A stretch of 64,000 nucleotides of DNA from Camelus dromedarius (Eukaryota), in NCBI RefSeq assembly GCF_036321535.1, contig NC_087436.1:85500001-85564000 (forward strand), written 5' to 3'. The notes under the pieces were generated by a model. It was not told the origin of the DNA. It ran no database searches and saw only the letters and a program-made list of their open reading frames with translations. A program made the translations under genes and the position numbers. The first letter of the stretch is position 1; every line of letters begins with the position of its first letter. Shown in pieces: positions 25,183 through 39,137 of this stretch.

Positions 25183-28100
25183 CTCCTTTTCTTAATGTGT
25201 GACCTTGCCTTTTCACCCCCACACACTCCAGTTCCAAAGAACTGCCTCTGTTGAAATCATTTTTATCATTGCTCCTGCTGCTTCAAAGCCATTCCCTCTG
25301 CTGCCCACGGAGAGTAACTGTCTTGTCCAGGCCTCCCAGGCAGTGGAAGAGAGCGAAGCCAAGTCTTACTGTTCAGGAAGCATGATGGTCCTGCCTCAGG
25401 ACTTTTGCTTGTGCTGCACATCAGCCTGCACTCTTTCTCGAGATACCTGCCTCACAGGTATCTTCGCTTATACATTACCTTCTTACTAAGGGCCACTCTA
25501 TCTTATTTAATATCACCCACCTGCCCCAGCCTCCTTACCCTATTTTCCTTTTCCTCTCTTCTATGCATCTATCTGATAATACACTATGTAATTTACTTAT
25601 TGTTTACTGTCTGTTTTATCCAAGTAGATTATAAGCTCACCGAGGGCCTGGTGTGGCCTAAGTGAATAGGTGTTCAGTGGGTGTTCACTTGGGGGTTGGA
25701 TGCCCTCTCAGCAGGATAATGCATTACTTTCTCCATTATGACTTTCAGGCTACATTGGCAGAGGTCACTAACTTCATCAAGGTGCCTGTATTATGCACAG
25801 TTACTGTCCCCCCTCCAGGGCCCTCCGAGTTATTCTCATATTTACCCAATTCTCCTTAGACACAGAAGAATGAAACAAAGGATAAGGAATCGATCTCTGA
25901 TACGCATTAAGCATCAAGAAGAAAAGGCTTGATGCCCACAGGCCGAAGCTTTTTGTAGAAACAAATGCTTTTACAATGGGGGCGGGTGGAGGGGCGGATC
26001 CCAGAGCCCTGAGAACTGTCTGTTGGTACGAACTCTCATGAAGTCAGGAGGTGGCAGGCCAGCAAACACTGACCACACTCCAATCAACAAGGTCAGCGAA
26101 GAATTTACATGCAGGAAGTCATCTATTTTTAATATTGCAATTGCTTTCCTGTTTTCCTTTATTCGGTATGTTACCACGGGAGCCCCATTCCAAGAGATTT
26201 GTTTGAATGCTTTCCTCTCCTATTTTTCTTTTTTAAATTTGGATGCAGCCTGGTATTTCCAGAGAGCAAATGTGCTCCTATTATTTAAAGAAAACCGGGA
26301 GGTTGGGTCATCTGTCAGGCTGAACAATGCTGGACTGATGTAAAGTGCGAGGGTCACAGAGGGGGAGATTCTAAATGTTCGGGCTGAAAGTGAGCTCTCT
26401 TCAGGGGAATGGTGTGAAAGGGTGGACTGCAAGCAGAGAAGGGTTGGATGTGTGCTGCCGGAGCCATCTCAGCGAAGTAGGAGGTCTTTTGCCAAACAGG
26501 CAGTATTTGAAGTGAGTCCCCAGTAGTCCAGCCCCAACCCCGGTCCTACCTCACCACACCCCCATGGAGCTACAGGGAGACATTCCTTTCATACCCAAAG
26601 CAGTCCAAGCCCCTCCTGGATGTATTTTTCTGGCCAGTTATCTGTTGCTATTCAGCTGAGGTCTTGCAGACTTTGTGTTTTCCAAACACCATAATGGCAA
26701 AATTTCACAAATGTTTGATTATCAACCTTGTTTGCTTTATCCTTTCATTAGCCCTTTGTGGTGCCCGGATTGGCAAAGCCTGGGGGAACAGAAACAAAAG
26801 CAGTCAAGAGCTTTTTCTGAACACAGATTCTTTATTAATTACTGCAACTACTGCTGAGCTACATCTGGGCCTGGCAAATGCCGTTCACTGGGTCCCAAGT
26901 CCCCGAGACCATCCTCCCTTCTGTGTGGCTGAAGGACTTGGGTTGATGAGTTGATGAACTGTTGTTGGTTGTTCTTGCTGTTTGCCCCCTGGTCTTCCCT
27001 CGGCCCCCGGGCCCTGGTTACGGCACTTCAGCTCTGCTGCAGCAATCCCAAAGAAGGCGCTTCCCTCTCTGAGAAGCGGCCCTGGACTTCCTGCCCTGAC
27101 CTTGCAGATGTTTCCGTAATTTCTCCTGGAAATCTCGCTGGTCCCGTGCCCCTGCAAGTCCTAGATTCTTGCCCCCCATCTCTTTCTATGTCCCTTGTTT
27201 GGTGTCCCTGAGTCATATTCAGATGTCCAGTGTGGGTTCCTTTTTGCCTGTTGCTGCCTCTACTGATTTTTCTGATGATTTTGGCAGACTCTTAAGGGAA
27301 ATGGCTTCATAGAACAGAAAGGCATCTTTTACAAAGATGAGGCTTAACAGGCAACTAAGACAGAGACAACCCTGAGTTTTTCATATTCAGAATGATTTCA
27401 AACATTAACCCATGAACCCAAATGGAGTTGTGCAATGAGCAATGCTAACCCCATATTAGAAAAGAGAACCTGTCAAGGTTAAGGAATTCATTGCAGGTCA
27501 GGGCAGAAGCCCAGAAAAGAACTCTCACCATCAGTACCATCTCCTGCGCAGGAGTTATGTTTTAGGAAAACAGTGCATTCCACTTTGCAAGAGTCAAGCA
27601 AATATCCCTTTGTTCTAGACACTTAGGACTGTTGTCTCAGGCATCCATGAGCTTTGACAAAAATTATTTGAGCCAGAATTGGCTTATTAGTATCCTATAC
27701 CTTGTTGAACAAATAATATATATAATAAAATATGAGCTTAAAATTGAATAGCAGGGTCAGAGAAATGTAAATTAGAGTAAGTGCAGAATGAAGATGAGAA
27801 AACCAAAAAAAAATCTTATCAATATAAAATAATCAAGCAGGAAATTTACCTCAGAGCTTCCTGATGGCCAAAGCAAAGAAAGAAATATGGTCATTTACAC
27901 AGATGTTATTATCCACAAGGGAAAAAATACTCTTTCTTCAGGAAGCAAAGCATTTTGCTCTTAGTTCTGAAGGAGTTGTCTCATGCAACGCTTCAGCAAA
28001 TGAAGTAACACTTTCATAAAGTTATCTATTTCAGCATGTGTCCATGAAGTGAAATCTTGGGTAGTTTGCAAAATCTCTGTGAAGAGCTGTTTTCCATCAT

Positions 28101-28319
28101 ATCCATCCATTTTTGGACATCCATCGCCCATACCTGGGCACGACTGAAGTTGACTCATTTCTATAAATGTATCTAAAGATTTCATGTGTGAATCACTGTG
28201 CTAAGTGCTCTGGGAATATAAGATTTTAAAAAAGATATAGTCTTTGTCCCCTGGATCCATAGCCCAGTTGAGAGGGACACAGAAACACCTAAATAATTCT
28301 CATACAAAGTAGCTTGCTA

Positions 28320-28674
28320 TTGTAGTCAGCTATGACGGAACACCACAGACTGGGTGGCTTAAACAAGAGACATTTATCTCTCACAACCTGGAGGCTGAGA
28401 AGGTCTCCAAAATCAAGGCACCAAACAATCCGCTGTCTGGTGAGAGCCTTTCTGGTTTGCAGATGGCCGTCTTCTTTTCATAGGTTCATGTGGCGGAAAG
28501 CAAAGTGAGCGTAAACTCTTCCAGCTCTTCTATAAGGGCACCAACCCACTCGCGAGGGCTCCCTCCTTGTGACCTACTCACCTCCCAAAGTGCCCCCCCT
28601 CCTGATAGCATCACACTGAGGGTTAGGGTTTTGACATACGAATTTTGGGGGGTGCAAATATTCAGTCCATAATA
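28320..28674 (-). mobile_element. MLT1 (MaLR) solo LTR
   Basis: 'caccacagactgggtggcttaaacaa...ctcacaacctggaggctg...ttcagtccataa'. Confidence 0.85.
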
Positions 28675-30898
28675 TTTGTGTTTAGGGTTGTTATAAAGTG
28701 CGAACAAAGAGCTGTTGAGCAAGTTCATTTTCCAAAGAAATTTCCAATACTTTTTTGATACAATTGTGTTATAAGGCTAGGTCCATACCTTTCTGCAACT
28801 ACTCTGCAATGACAACAGCTACAGACCCCAGGACTTTCTCTGACTGACTTGGTAAGAAACGTATCCATCCCTAAACTGACCTCTCTGGGCAAGGGTGTGG
28901 TGCTCTCTGCAGGCCACATGCCCACCCTGGAACCCCGACTGAGATCAGGGTGGGGGGATGGCCCCAGAGGAGGTGTGGGTTGTGGTACCCAAATAAAGGC
29001 TGCTGGAAGGCTCAAAGCCACAAATGTCCACTACCTGGTTTTCCCTTCTTCAAACACGTCCCCTTTTTGCTAGCTTGGATAATTTAGATTCTTCTGAGAG
29101 TCCTGCAACCCAGATTCACTTATTATTTCTAACCAAACTCAGGGGAGACACAATGGACATCCATCACTCACTTTTCTTATTATTGGGAGAGAAAGAGTTA
29201 ACTGTAAGGAAGCAGAAGTTCTGCTTCCTTGTCTGGCTAAAGCAGCTTAATTTATAAAATGTTCCCTATCACCTCACTGCTGTTACCAAGGGAGCTCAGT
29301 GGAAACCCTCCAGCATTTGTGTAATTCCTTAAATCCTGCCCTCATATTAGCCACCAAACTCTACTTGGGTCATTTGCCCCCAGGAGAGCAAGACTGAAGT
29401 ACACCCTAAGAGCCTCACTGTGAAAAATTAATCAGCTCGGTGTGAATTATGGCATAAGATGGAGGAACACTCTCACACGTAGCCTGGTGGGACTTGGGGC
29501 CACAACTTTGACGTGCATTCTTTCTCTTCTCCCAACCTGGATTGGACGTCCACTCTTACTCTGTTTCACGCTCAGTGTGAGGGAGGACAGGCAACTGGAC
29601 AAAGCTCGTCGGAGGAGATACACCCCTCCAGTTAGATCATCCGGTCCTGTCCTGACTACCTATACCAATCAGGGGAACGTAGGACAGTGGCACAGACGGT
29701 GTGGAACAAGAGATGGTACTCAAATATCACTTTGCCCCCAAAGCCAGTCTATGCTGCTCGTGGAATGTCATCATTGCACTGCATGCTTGAGATGTGTTGG
29801 CCGTCGCACCTTCATACAGAACAGACTTAGCTGCCTAATCCTGTTAAGCAACAAGTCATTTTCTCCTCATCTCCAAAAACCAGCCGAAAAAGTTCCCCAA
29901 AGATATCGCTTTGGACCACAAACTCAATATGTCTATGAGACTTCCATATGACCAAAACCTCAGAATCATCTTTGTTATCTCCATTTGCTGTGCCCTATCG
30001 AATTACATATCGGTCTGTTTATCAACCTGTCTTCCCCTCAACAAATATCTCCTGAGCTCCTTCTATGCAGCCAGCACCAGGCAAGACACTGGGAATATGA
30101 TGGGGAGGAGTAGCTGACATGGTCCCAGCCTCATCAGGTTCCTGTCTGATAGAGGAGACATGGTACCCACAAAATCATAGACTCAAATAAGAAATTATAA
30201 CCAGGACAAGTGCTAAAAGAATAAGCTCAGTTGATGCTTCTTTCATAGTTACTCCTGAGTTTATTTTTTCTCTCCTTCACTGTGGCCATACACCCTGGCC
30301 AGGATTTATCATCTCACGTCTGCATCTCTGGTGTAAATCTCTGTTCTACTCCTCCACTCAGTGCAACATGAGCACTCCTCATCGCCAACACGCCTGGGAC
30401 CTTTTTGCCTGGGTGCCTCATTCTTTGAATTGTCCTTCCTATTTGATCCACTCAGCTTTTTTTTTTTACACTTTAAATATATTACAAATTTATTTGTCAA
30501 TTATGCCTCAAAGAAGCTGAAAAATAAACAATGCAGAAAAATGATCAACTAAATATTTTGCATATCTTCGCCTTTTTTTAATATTAAGTTTTCAAAATCT
30601 AGTGCGAACTAGCTACATTTCTTTTTTTGTTTGTTTTCGTTTTATTTATTTATTATTATTTTTTTCCCACTCACCATTGTTCTCTCTCCAAATTCTACCA
30701 CTCTTTAAGACCTGGCAGAAGTGTGAGCCCTGCTTTGAATCCATCCTGTTATCTCCAGCTAGAATTGAACTCTCGTTTCTCCCCCCCAAGAAGCACTCCT
30801 GGTCCACATCATTTTGGCGGCATGTCTTAGGCACTGCAGCCATGTGTGTGCTGCTTCTCTCTTGTTAGTCTGTAAGTGCCTGCAGGGCAAGGAGTCCA

Positions 30899-31379
30899 TG
30901 TAGTGGTCACTTGTCACTATTTTGGCTGTACCAGCATCTAAAGACCCTTTCCATATTTTGGGAATTGAGTCTTTGTTAAAGACCTACCCCCCACACTTAC
31001 TGTAAAAATCCCCAGGCGTTCACATTCCCAGCCTTCTTTGTAACTGGGGTTTGGACATGTGACTTACATTCTTCCAAACAGATGCCCCAAATGGACAGCT
31101 AATGATGCAGAGCAGCCAGGACATCAAATGCGCCCTCTGGCGGAGGCTGCAGTCCGGCTGTGTTGGCGGTGTTGGTGGCACCTTCTAGTGCCTCTGATGG
31201 TGGAGTCAGTGGTGATGATTTCCTCACTAGATTGAGTCTGGGAAGTGACTTGAGGCTTTGTCCCTGTTGGCATAACCACATCTCCCCAAGAGCCTGTGAG
31301 CTACTCAATATAGCCTTTTATGAATCCCTGTCTGTTTAACTCAGCTGCAGTATATCTTAGCCTCAAAGATACTAACACA
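30899..31379 (+). mobile_element. LTR33-like ERVL solo LTR
   Basis: TG start, 'tattttggctgtaccagcatct...ttcccagccttc...catgtgact...ttcctcactag...ctgtgagctactcaata...ctaacaca'. Confidence 0.7.
31130..31143 (-). promoter_or_regulatory. CTCF core motif (CCGCCAGAGGGCGC)
   Basis: close match to the CTCF consensus; binding not demonstrable from sequence. Confidence 0.55.
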
Positions 31380-32336
31380 GAGCCTCAGTCATTGTAAGAG
31401 CTTTGTAAATATTTGTCAAATGCATAAATGAATGAACCTATTATTGCTAGCTGTAACAGTCTGTCTAAGACTGTGTCTCCTCATCCATAAAGGGACTAAT
31501 AATTCCTAACCCAAAGGGAGGTTGTAAGAGCTGGATGAGATAGTGTATGCATAGCAACTAAGCATAGTAAGTAAGCAATAAAGAGTAGCTTTGGGTAGAA
31601 ACAGGGATCTGATGATCGTGATAACAATAGATCAATGAATGCTCTCTGCTTGCACAGGAGGGGAGAATTTGAGAAAATTCTGTCAGGGACACGTGCTAAA
31701 CTTCTAAACTTGCTTCATATTTACACATTGGTTGCCTTTGTGTTTCCATGAAATCCAAAGGTTGTATGCCTGGGCTTGTCACCTGGCTGGACGAGTGGAT
31801 GCAAGTCCATGTGAAGACCCACCTGAGAGTGTCCCATAAAGCAGGTGCTTCTTTTGACATCACTGCATCACCGTGAGAGCCTTAGAAAAAGCCAACCTTT
31901 GACGCAGACGTCAAATATCAGGAAACCAAGGTTAAAGAAGACCAAATCTTGAACTAAAAGAGGACATTTTTCAAAGAACCGGAGCGCCCCTTGGAGGACA
32001 ATGGAGGAACTTGAAGAATGAAAGAATGGTCAGCCAACTAAGTACCTGCAAGGAAGAGAAAGCAAGAGTTCAAGCAAACAGCAAGTTGAGAACAATTTCC
32101 AGATGACAGACAGTGAGGAAGCAAAAGCAGATGGCAACCCAGCTCTGAAACCAGTTTCTGAAAACAAAGGACAGTCTTAAAAATGTGCAGTACAGCAAAG
32201 ACTGCTGGTCAAGTATCTGTCCTTCATATCTCTACCTAACACATTTTCATGCCCAGGGTCAGTGTTTTTGATATTTTGTTCATCATGGATTTTTTTTTAC
32301 ATTAAAAGTTTGACTTTTAAAAAGTATGGTATTTAA

Positions 32337-32705
32337 TATGATATCACTCATATGTAGAATCTTAAAAAAATAAAAAAGAAGACACCAATGAACTAATTTG
32401 CAGAACAGAAACAGACTCACAGACATAGTAAACAAACTTATGGTTACCAGGGTGGGGGGTGGGGAAGGGGATGGGACGGGATAAACCGGGATTTTGAGAT
32501 TTGCAAATATTAACTACTATATATAAAACTGATAAACAAGAAGTCTATTCTGTATAGCACAGGGAACTATTTTCAATATCCTGTAGTAACCTATAATGAA
32601 AGAGAATATGGAAACAAATATATGTATGTACATGCATGACTGAAACATTATGCTGTACACCAGAAACTGACACACTGTAAACTGACTAAACTTTGATAAA
32701 AATTT
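32337..32705 (+). mobile_element. young L1 3' end with TSD, inside an older element
   Basis: 'tatgatatcactcatatgtagaatc...tgctgtacaccagaaactgacacactgtaaactgacta'; TSD tatggtatttaa at 32325-32336 and 32709-32720. Confidence 0.87.
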
Positions 32706-34074
32706 AAATATGGTATTTAAATATGCTTTATTTTTATTGCTGCGTTTTTTAGGTTCTTGTTAAATTTTTCTCTTCATTTGCCTCACCTTGGTCCTGGCTG
32801 TGCTCATATCAAACTGTAATTGGCAAATATTGCCACATATGATCACATTCATTCTTCACAGCATGCCGACAGGTAGGAAATGCGAGACCCATTTTATGAT
32901 GACACAAACAGAATCACAGGAAGGTTAAGTATCTCGCTGAGCTTCAGGCAGCTAGTTGAAAATCTTTAACCTGTTCAAGGTGAATTTGAACACAAGCTGC
33001 ATTCTTACAACCAAAATGAAACTGCTGTCTAGGACAATAATACAAAGGACAGCCCTGGGGATCTGGTGACATGGATTGAAATAAATAAAATTCATTCTAA
33101 GAAGTATTTTAATTGAAATTGTGATCATAGGATGCTAGAAGCTGGATAACTGGAAGGTTCCAAGGAATTACTTCCCAAGGAGTATTTGACACATGACTCT
33201 TGAAAAGTCACATTGAATAAAATGACATTCTCTACTCCCCAAAAATATCTTTTTCAACAAATTCTTTAAGCCATCGGCTCTATTTGGCCTGCAAACTAGT
33301 TCAAACCCCTACCTGTGATCTCTTGGTGCATCATAGCGTTAAGTGTTCATTTCTTCCTTCTTTGAAGCCAGGAACTGGTTTCCCTTGGATACACACCATC
33401 AAAGCCATTTTTAATTAAATTTCTGAGAAACTTGGCAGAATGAAGGAAAAACATCTGACTGGACAATCTTCATGAGAATAATATCCATAAGTTCTACAGA
33501 AAAATTGTTTTCATTATTTCATAATTATAGCTCATTCTCACACACATGCTTATCTACAGAGAGCTTTTGGGAGCACACAGACAATACCCTGAAAAAACTC
33601 CAGCCAGTTGGACTTTGGCCGCAGGAGGAGACATCCCTGACAAACCCTCACGGCTCAGACTTCAGCGCGGAAAGCGTTCGGGGAAGACAGGGCTCCCTTG
33701 CAAGTGCTTCCTTTGCAGTTGCAAAAGTCCAGCATTTTAGTGGGGAGACTGGTGGATAAATCTGCCGTGGAAGACCTCAGAAAAAGGACTTAACTCTTTC
33801 ACACATGTGCTTTCAGTCTAGGTTTTAGTGATGCCAAGAGAGTTCAGAATTACTTGCGGATTCTCCTGTGTCATCCAATTTTTATTGCAGAGTGAGGATC
33901 TCTGTCACTTAGGGGAAAGCATGAGAAGTTTGTTGTTTTTTAAAAGAAATTGTTGTGATAGGGACACTCTCTTTAGATGTCTCAGTAGAATTTACTATTA
34001 TTAAATACTCTTGAAAAACATAGGTAAGTGTTCCCAAAGGGAAAGTCTTGTCTGTGTGAAATGTCCCCAGTGGA

Positions 34075-34805
34075 CAGTTCATTATTTATTTATTAGACAA
34101 ATAATAATTGACTGATAGTGCAGGAAGTGGTCCAGGATCTGGGGATTTAGCAGTGACTAAGGTAGGCAAAATCCTGGCCTTCTTGAAGCTAACATTCTAA
34201 GGCAGAGACAGACTATAAGAAAACAAAACGATTGACTAATAAAATTTCAGGTACTGATGAGAAATAATGAGTTAGGGCCAGAGGACAGAGACTGATGGGG
34301 TGGTGGGGGCAGGCTACTGTGGGTGGGATATTCAGGGAAGACCTTTTCGAGGACATTTAAGCAAATATCTGAATGATGTCAGTGGATGAACCATGTGAAA
34401 ATTTTTGGGAAGTCTTCTAGATGGAAAGAGCTTCTAGAATGTGAACCCCATGAAAGTAGAAACTGTGCTTTGTTCACTGTATCCCCAGACACAGTGCCTG
34501 ACACATACTAGGCATTTCATACATCCTTATCCAGTTTTTGCCATGTAAAAGCTTTAATGTAGGAACCATTGAAAATAGCAACATGGCCAGCGTGGCTGGA
34601 GCTGAGGGATCAGGGAAAGGGTTAGGTGTGAGATGTCCATTTTTCCAGGCATCATTACATATAGAGCCTCTATTTAGTCTCAGAATTGCCTGGTTTGGAT
34701 AGATAAATTATATGGTCACTTTCCTAACAGGCTATGGGTAGGGAGTTTGAGTGTAATTGTGATGGGAAGGCAGCAGAAGACTTTGAGTAGGGGAGCAGGG
34801 TTATT
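34075..34805 (-). mobile_element. L2 fragments
   Basis: 'ctggggatttagcagtgactaag...gaagctaacattcta...cagggaagacc...gaaccatgtgaa'. Confidence 0.7.
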
Positions 34806-34814
34806 CCTTTGTTA

Positions 34815-35720
34815 AAAAGATATTTTCAATACACACCTGTAAGAATGGCCGAAATCCAGAACATGGATAACAACAAATACTGGCAAGGATGTGGAGCAAT
34901 AGGAACTCTCATTCTTTGCTGGTGGAAATGCAAAATACTGTGGCCACTTCGGAAGACAGTTTGTTGGTTTCTTATAAACACACTCTTACCATATGACTCA
35001 GCATTTGTACTTTCTGGTACTTACCTAAATGAGTTGAAAACTTATGTCCACACAAAACCAGCACACAGAGTTTTATAGCTGTTTCATTTATAATTGCCCA
35101 AACTTGGAAGCAACCAAAATGTCCTTTAAAAGGTAAACGAACAAATAAAATTTTGGTACATTCAAACAATGGGATATTACATAGTACTAAAAAGAAATAA
35201 GCTATCAAACCATGAAAAAACATGGAGGGACATTAAATGTATATTGCTAAGTGAAAGACGCCAATCTGAGAAGGCTGCAGACTGTATGGTTCCAACTCTA
35301 TGACATCCTGGAAAAGGCAAAACTGTGAGATGGTAGAAGGATCAGTGGTTGCCAGAGGTTGTGGTGCAGTGGGGAGATACACAGGCAGAGCACAGAGGAA
35401 TTTTAGGACAGTGAAAATACTCTGTTTGAGACTGTAATGATGGATACATGGATACACGTCATTATACATTTGTCCAAACCCACAGAATGTACAACACCAA
35501 GAGTGAACGAGAATGTAAACTGCGGACTTAGGGTGATTACAATTGGTCAATATGTGTTCATCAGTTGTAGTAAGTGTACCATTCCAGCGGGTGAGGGGGG
35601 AGGGTTGATGTCGGCGGGGGGAGGGGGAGGCTATGCATGTGTAGAGGCAAGAGATATATGGGAACGCTGTACTTTCTGCTCAATTTTGCTGTGAGCCTAA
35701 AGCTGCTCTAAAAAAAATGC
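34815..35720 (+). mobile_element. L1MB/MC-like 3' region
   Basis: 'tacacacctgtaagaatggcc...ggcaaggatgtggagcaataggaactctcatt...ctctaaaaaaa'. Confidence 0.85.
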
Positions 35721-35779
35721 CTTTGAAGATGTTAGTGAGGCCAATCTAACTATATCAATTTATCATCATCATCATTTAT

Positions 35780-38150
35780 ATTATGACAATGATAATACAC
35801 TATTAAGGAAATTTTTACCTCCAGGAAAGCAAGGATGATTCAACATCAGAAAATCAAGCAATGTAACTTACCACATTAGACTAAAGGAGAAAAACTATAC
35901 AATTATTGTAATAGAACCATAAAAAGCACTGATAAAATTCAATAATTATGTATGATTAAAAATAAAATACTCTTAGAAAATCAGATCTAGAAGGAAATAT
36001 CCTTATTTTAGAAAGGTCATATGGCAAATATCTACAGAAAACATTATGTTTGATGGAGAAATTCTAGAGGAACCCACCTAAGACTGGGAAGTAGACAGGA
36101 TGCTCACTCTCACTGCTGCTGTTTAACTTAATATTGGGAGTCCTGGGCAACTGCCCTGGAAGAAAAGAAATTGAATAACAGGCAAAAGGATTTGAAGGGA
36201 AAATAAGTAATTGTCATTTGCTGTTGACAAGATCATCCATATAGAAAACCATTAGAATAATCAACCAACTATTGGAACAGATAAGAGATCAGCAAGGTTG
36301 CCAGATACAACTTAAAAAATCGGTAGTGTTTCTCTATATCAGTAACAACTATAGATATAAGAAATGTATTTCTTAAAAATAGGATATGCTTCATAGCAGA
36401 AACAAAAAGGATAAAGTTCCTGGGGACTAATTTATCAAAGAACACTTAGCGATCTCTCCGGTATGTGGGTATGCAATATTCATCTGATGGAATATTCATC
36501 AAGTTGCAAAAACAAAATCTATATGAAGGTTATAAGTACACAAGCTCCTTTAAAGACTAGCTAGGAATATTCTGAAGAGAAAAGGACAAGAAGGGGGAAC
36601 TAGATTTACCAGAAATATAGAAGTATTATAAAACAACAGTTATTGAAACAATTTTATTAAGAAATGACTACTTAGAATCTCAGTGGAGAAAACATGAAAC
36701 TGTATTAAGAGATACAAGTAAGATGTGAATACATGAAGAGTGATCCCACGCTCCTAAATGGCATAACTTAATAAAGATGTCAGCTCTTAGCAAAGAAGTC
36801 CATCAATTCAATGAGATCCCAATGAAATTCCAGCCAGATTTTCTTTTTAGAAACCCAACAGTTTTATGTAAATCTGATAAAGGAAGTTTAACGACCCATG
36901 AGTAACCAAGTCAACTTTAAAAAAGAAGAGCAAAGAGTGGAGGAATGGGGACTTGCCTGACCACAAAGTCACAGTAATAAAGTGGTACAGGTCTGATGAA
37001 AGAACAAATAGGCCAATGAAACACAACGGGGCTCAGAGAGAGAACTGTATTCCTGCCTAAGACCACATACATGGGTGGACTCGAGCTAGATCAAGACGTA
37101 GATACACAAAGGGTAAAGACGTAACATTAATAGAAGACGGATACATGGAGAATATTCTTGTGACTCAGAGATGGGAGCAAACTTCTCAAACAAAAGCCCA
37201 AGGCACAAACTATGAGGCTAAAATTGATGGTTTTGATTACATCACAAATAAGCTTTTCTGTTCAATGAAAATAACCATTGTTAAAGGTCACAGAGAACAG
37301 GTAGGGAATTTGGGAATTCTGACAAATATACAGTCAGAAGAATCAGGGGAGGGTATAGCTCAGTGGCAGAGCATTTGTTAAGCATGCACAAGGTCCTGGG
37401 TTCAAGCCCCAGTACCTCCATTAAAATTTTTTTTTTTAATTTGACTTATAAGAAGAGAAAACATAAAAGGGTATCCGGTTATGATGAGATACTCAGCTCA
37501 CTGAGGTTTGCAAGAAATGCAAATTAGAACAAAAGCTATCCTTTTACACACATTGGATTAGCACAGATTACAAAGCAGGAGCTCATGCTAAGTGCTGTGC
37601 AGAGGTGAGGATGTCATGTCCTGCTGGTGGGCATGTGGGCTGTTGCAGCCATGTTGGGTAGCCACTGGCCCAACTTGGTCGCATTAGGATGAAGCCTATC
37701 CTCTGACCCAGCCATCCTGCTGGGGAAGCCAGAGGTTTGTCGTGGGCAGGGTATCTGGGTGTCCTTGCCAGAGAAAATCTGACTAAGGTCCATAAGGGGA
37801 CATATACGACGATGTTTATTGTTTTTCAGGGAAGTGGAGGCCATTAGGGGTCCCTCACTGGGAGGACGGGGGAAGCATTTGTGGTGGATGCTCTCTGGAG
37901 AGTATCATATAGTCATTAAACGAGACTTGGTATAAGTGTAGCAACATGAAGAGACCTCAAAACCAGAGTGCTGAGTGAAAAAGTGAGAGACGGAATGAGG
38001 CATACAGTGTGATATGATTTGCATACATTAAAAATATCTGCAGACTAGATATCAATATTTGTTTCACGAGAAATATATAATTACACACATGCCAGAAAGG
38101 TATGGAAAGGAGCCCCACAGCTCAATGGAGATGATGCATCATAAGCTGAG
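35780..38150 (+). mobile_element. ancient L1 (L1ME-like) ORF2/3' remnants interrupted by a SINE
   Basis: 'aaggatgattcaacatcagaaaatcaa...gataaaattcaa...cagcaaggttgccagatacaa...caaaagcccaaggcacaaac'. Confidence 0.75.
37346..37430 (+). mobile_element. tRNA-derived SINE
   Basis: ggggagggtatagctcagtggcagagc...ggtcctgggttcaagccccagtacctcc. Confidence 0.88.
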
Positions 38151-39123
38151 GATTTTAATTCGAGATCCAACATTAAATGTACAAAAAAAGGAAGGGGAGG
38201 GGGAGGAAGGTGGGAAGGAATCAAAGTGGAGGGTGACTCTGATCCAGACCCTCCTGCTGCGCCAGTCGGTGTCTGGTGAGGCTGTCTTAAGGGTGGTCTC
38301 AAAGAAGGTGGTCCCAGGACTTACCATACACGGCTGGCCTCTGGGAAATTGCTTATGGAAGAAATAATTGGAAAGGGGCATTGGGACAGATCTACGCATG
38401 GAAGAGGCCAGGCAGAAGGAGAGTGTGGAGGCTGGGTGGTCAGAGGTGGATGAGCAGTTAGGGAATCCTGTTTACCTTGTCAGGTGCCAGGACCACAGTG
38501 ACTTCCACATAGTCGTGAACAGAGATGTGTGCAAAGTTGATCTGTGGGATCCAGCCAGGGCATCTAGAGATTTAGGAGGGACGCCTCTGGACCAAATTCT
38601 GCAGATGCAACGTGGTGCTGAGGACACCACTCACCACCGTTCACGGCTGCTGGCAGCCCACACTGGTTCAGAGGGGCCCAAGCTGGCCAGATGGATTCGG
38701 GCTAAAAGGTATATTGTAGATATAAGTGAATTAAAAGCATAAAGCAAGGCACACAGGTGCATAGTTAAGGGAACTAAGTCATAGTGAAAGAATTAATTAG
38801 GTTGTATTTGTACTGTAATACTTCCCTAAAGGGCCTGAAAATCTTGTAAAGTCAGGCTCCAGGTAATGCATTGAAACAATTCTCTGATTTATAAATATTT
38901 ATAGCCAATCTCTGTCTGTTTTGATTTTTGTATAAAGAAAACTACTACACATTACTCTTAAGCCTCCTTTTAGGTATCTGTATCTATTACTTCTGTTTCA
39001 GAAGCAGAGGATTTAAAAATTTTTCTTAACTCAGACCCCTATATTCTAGTCTATGCAGCCCTGTAATAATTTATTTTAATTATTCATGTTATTGGTCTTT
39101 GAGGACCAGTAAGTACTCCGCAT

Positions 39124-39137
39124 GTCACCATGGAAAC
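39124..39137. promoter_or_regulatory. RFX X-box-like motif GTCACCATGGAAAC
   Basis: matches the X-box pattern GTNRCCATGGNAAC. Confidence 0.35.

Noticed and set aside
29442..29951. 169-aa ORF (+)
   Set aside because: GTG start, no family resemblance, no supporting exon structure
31983..31997. additional CTCF-like strings (also ~45382, ~53316)
   Set aside because: Mismatch at a core position or wrong spacing
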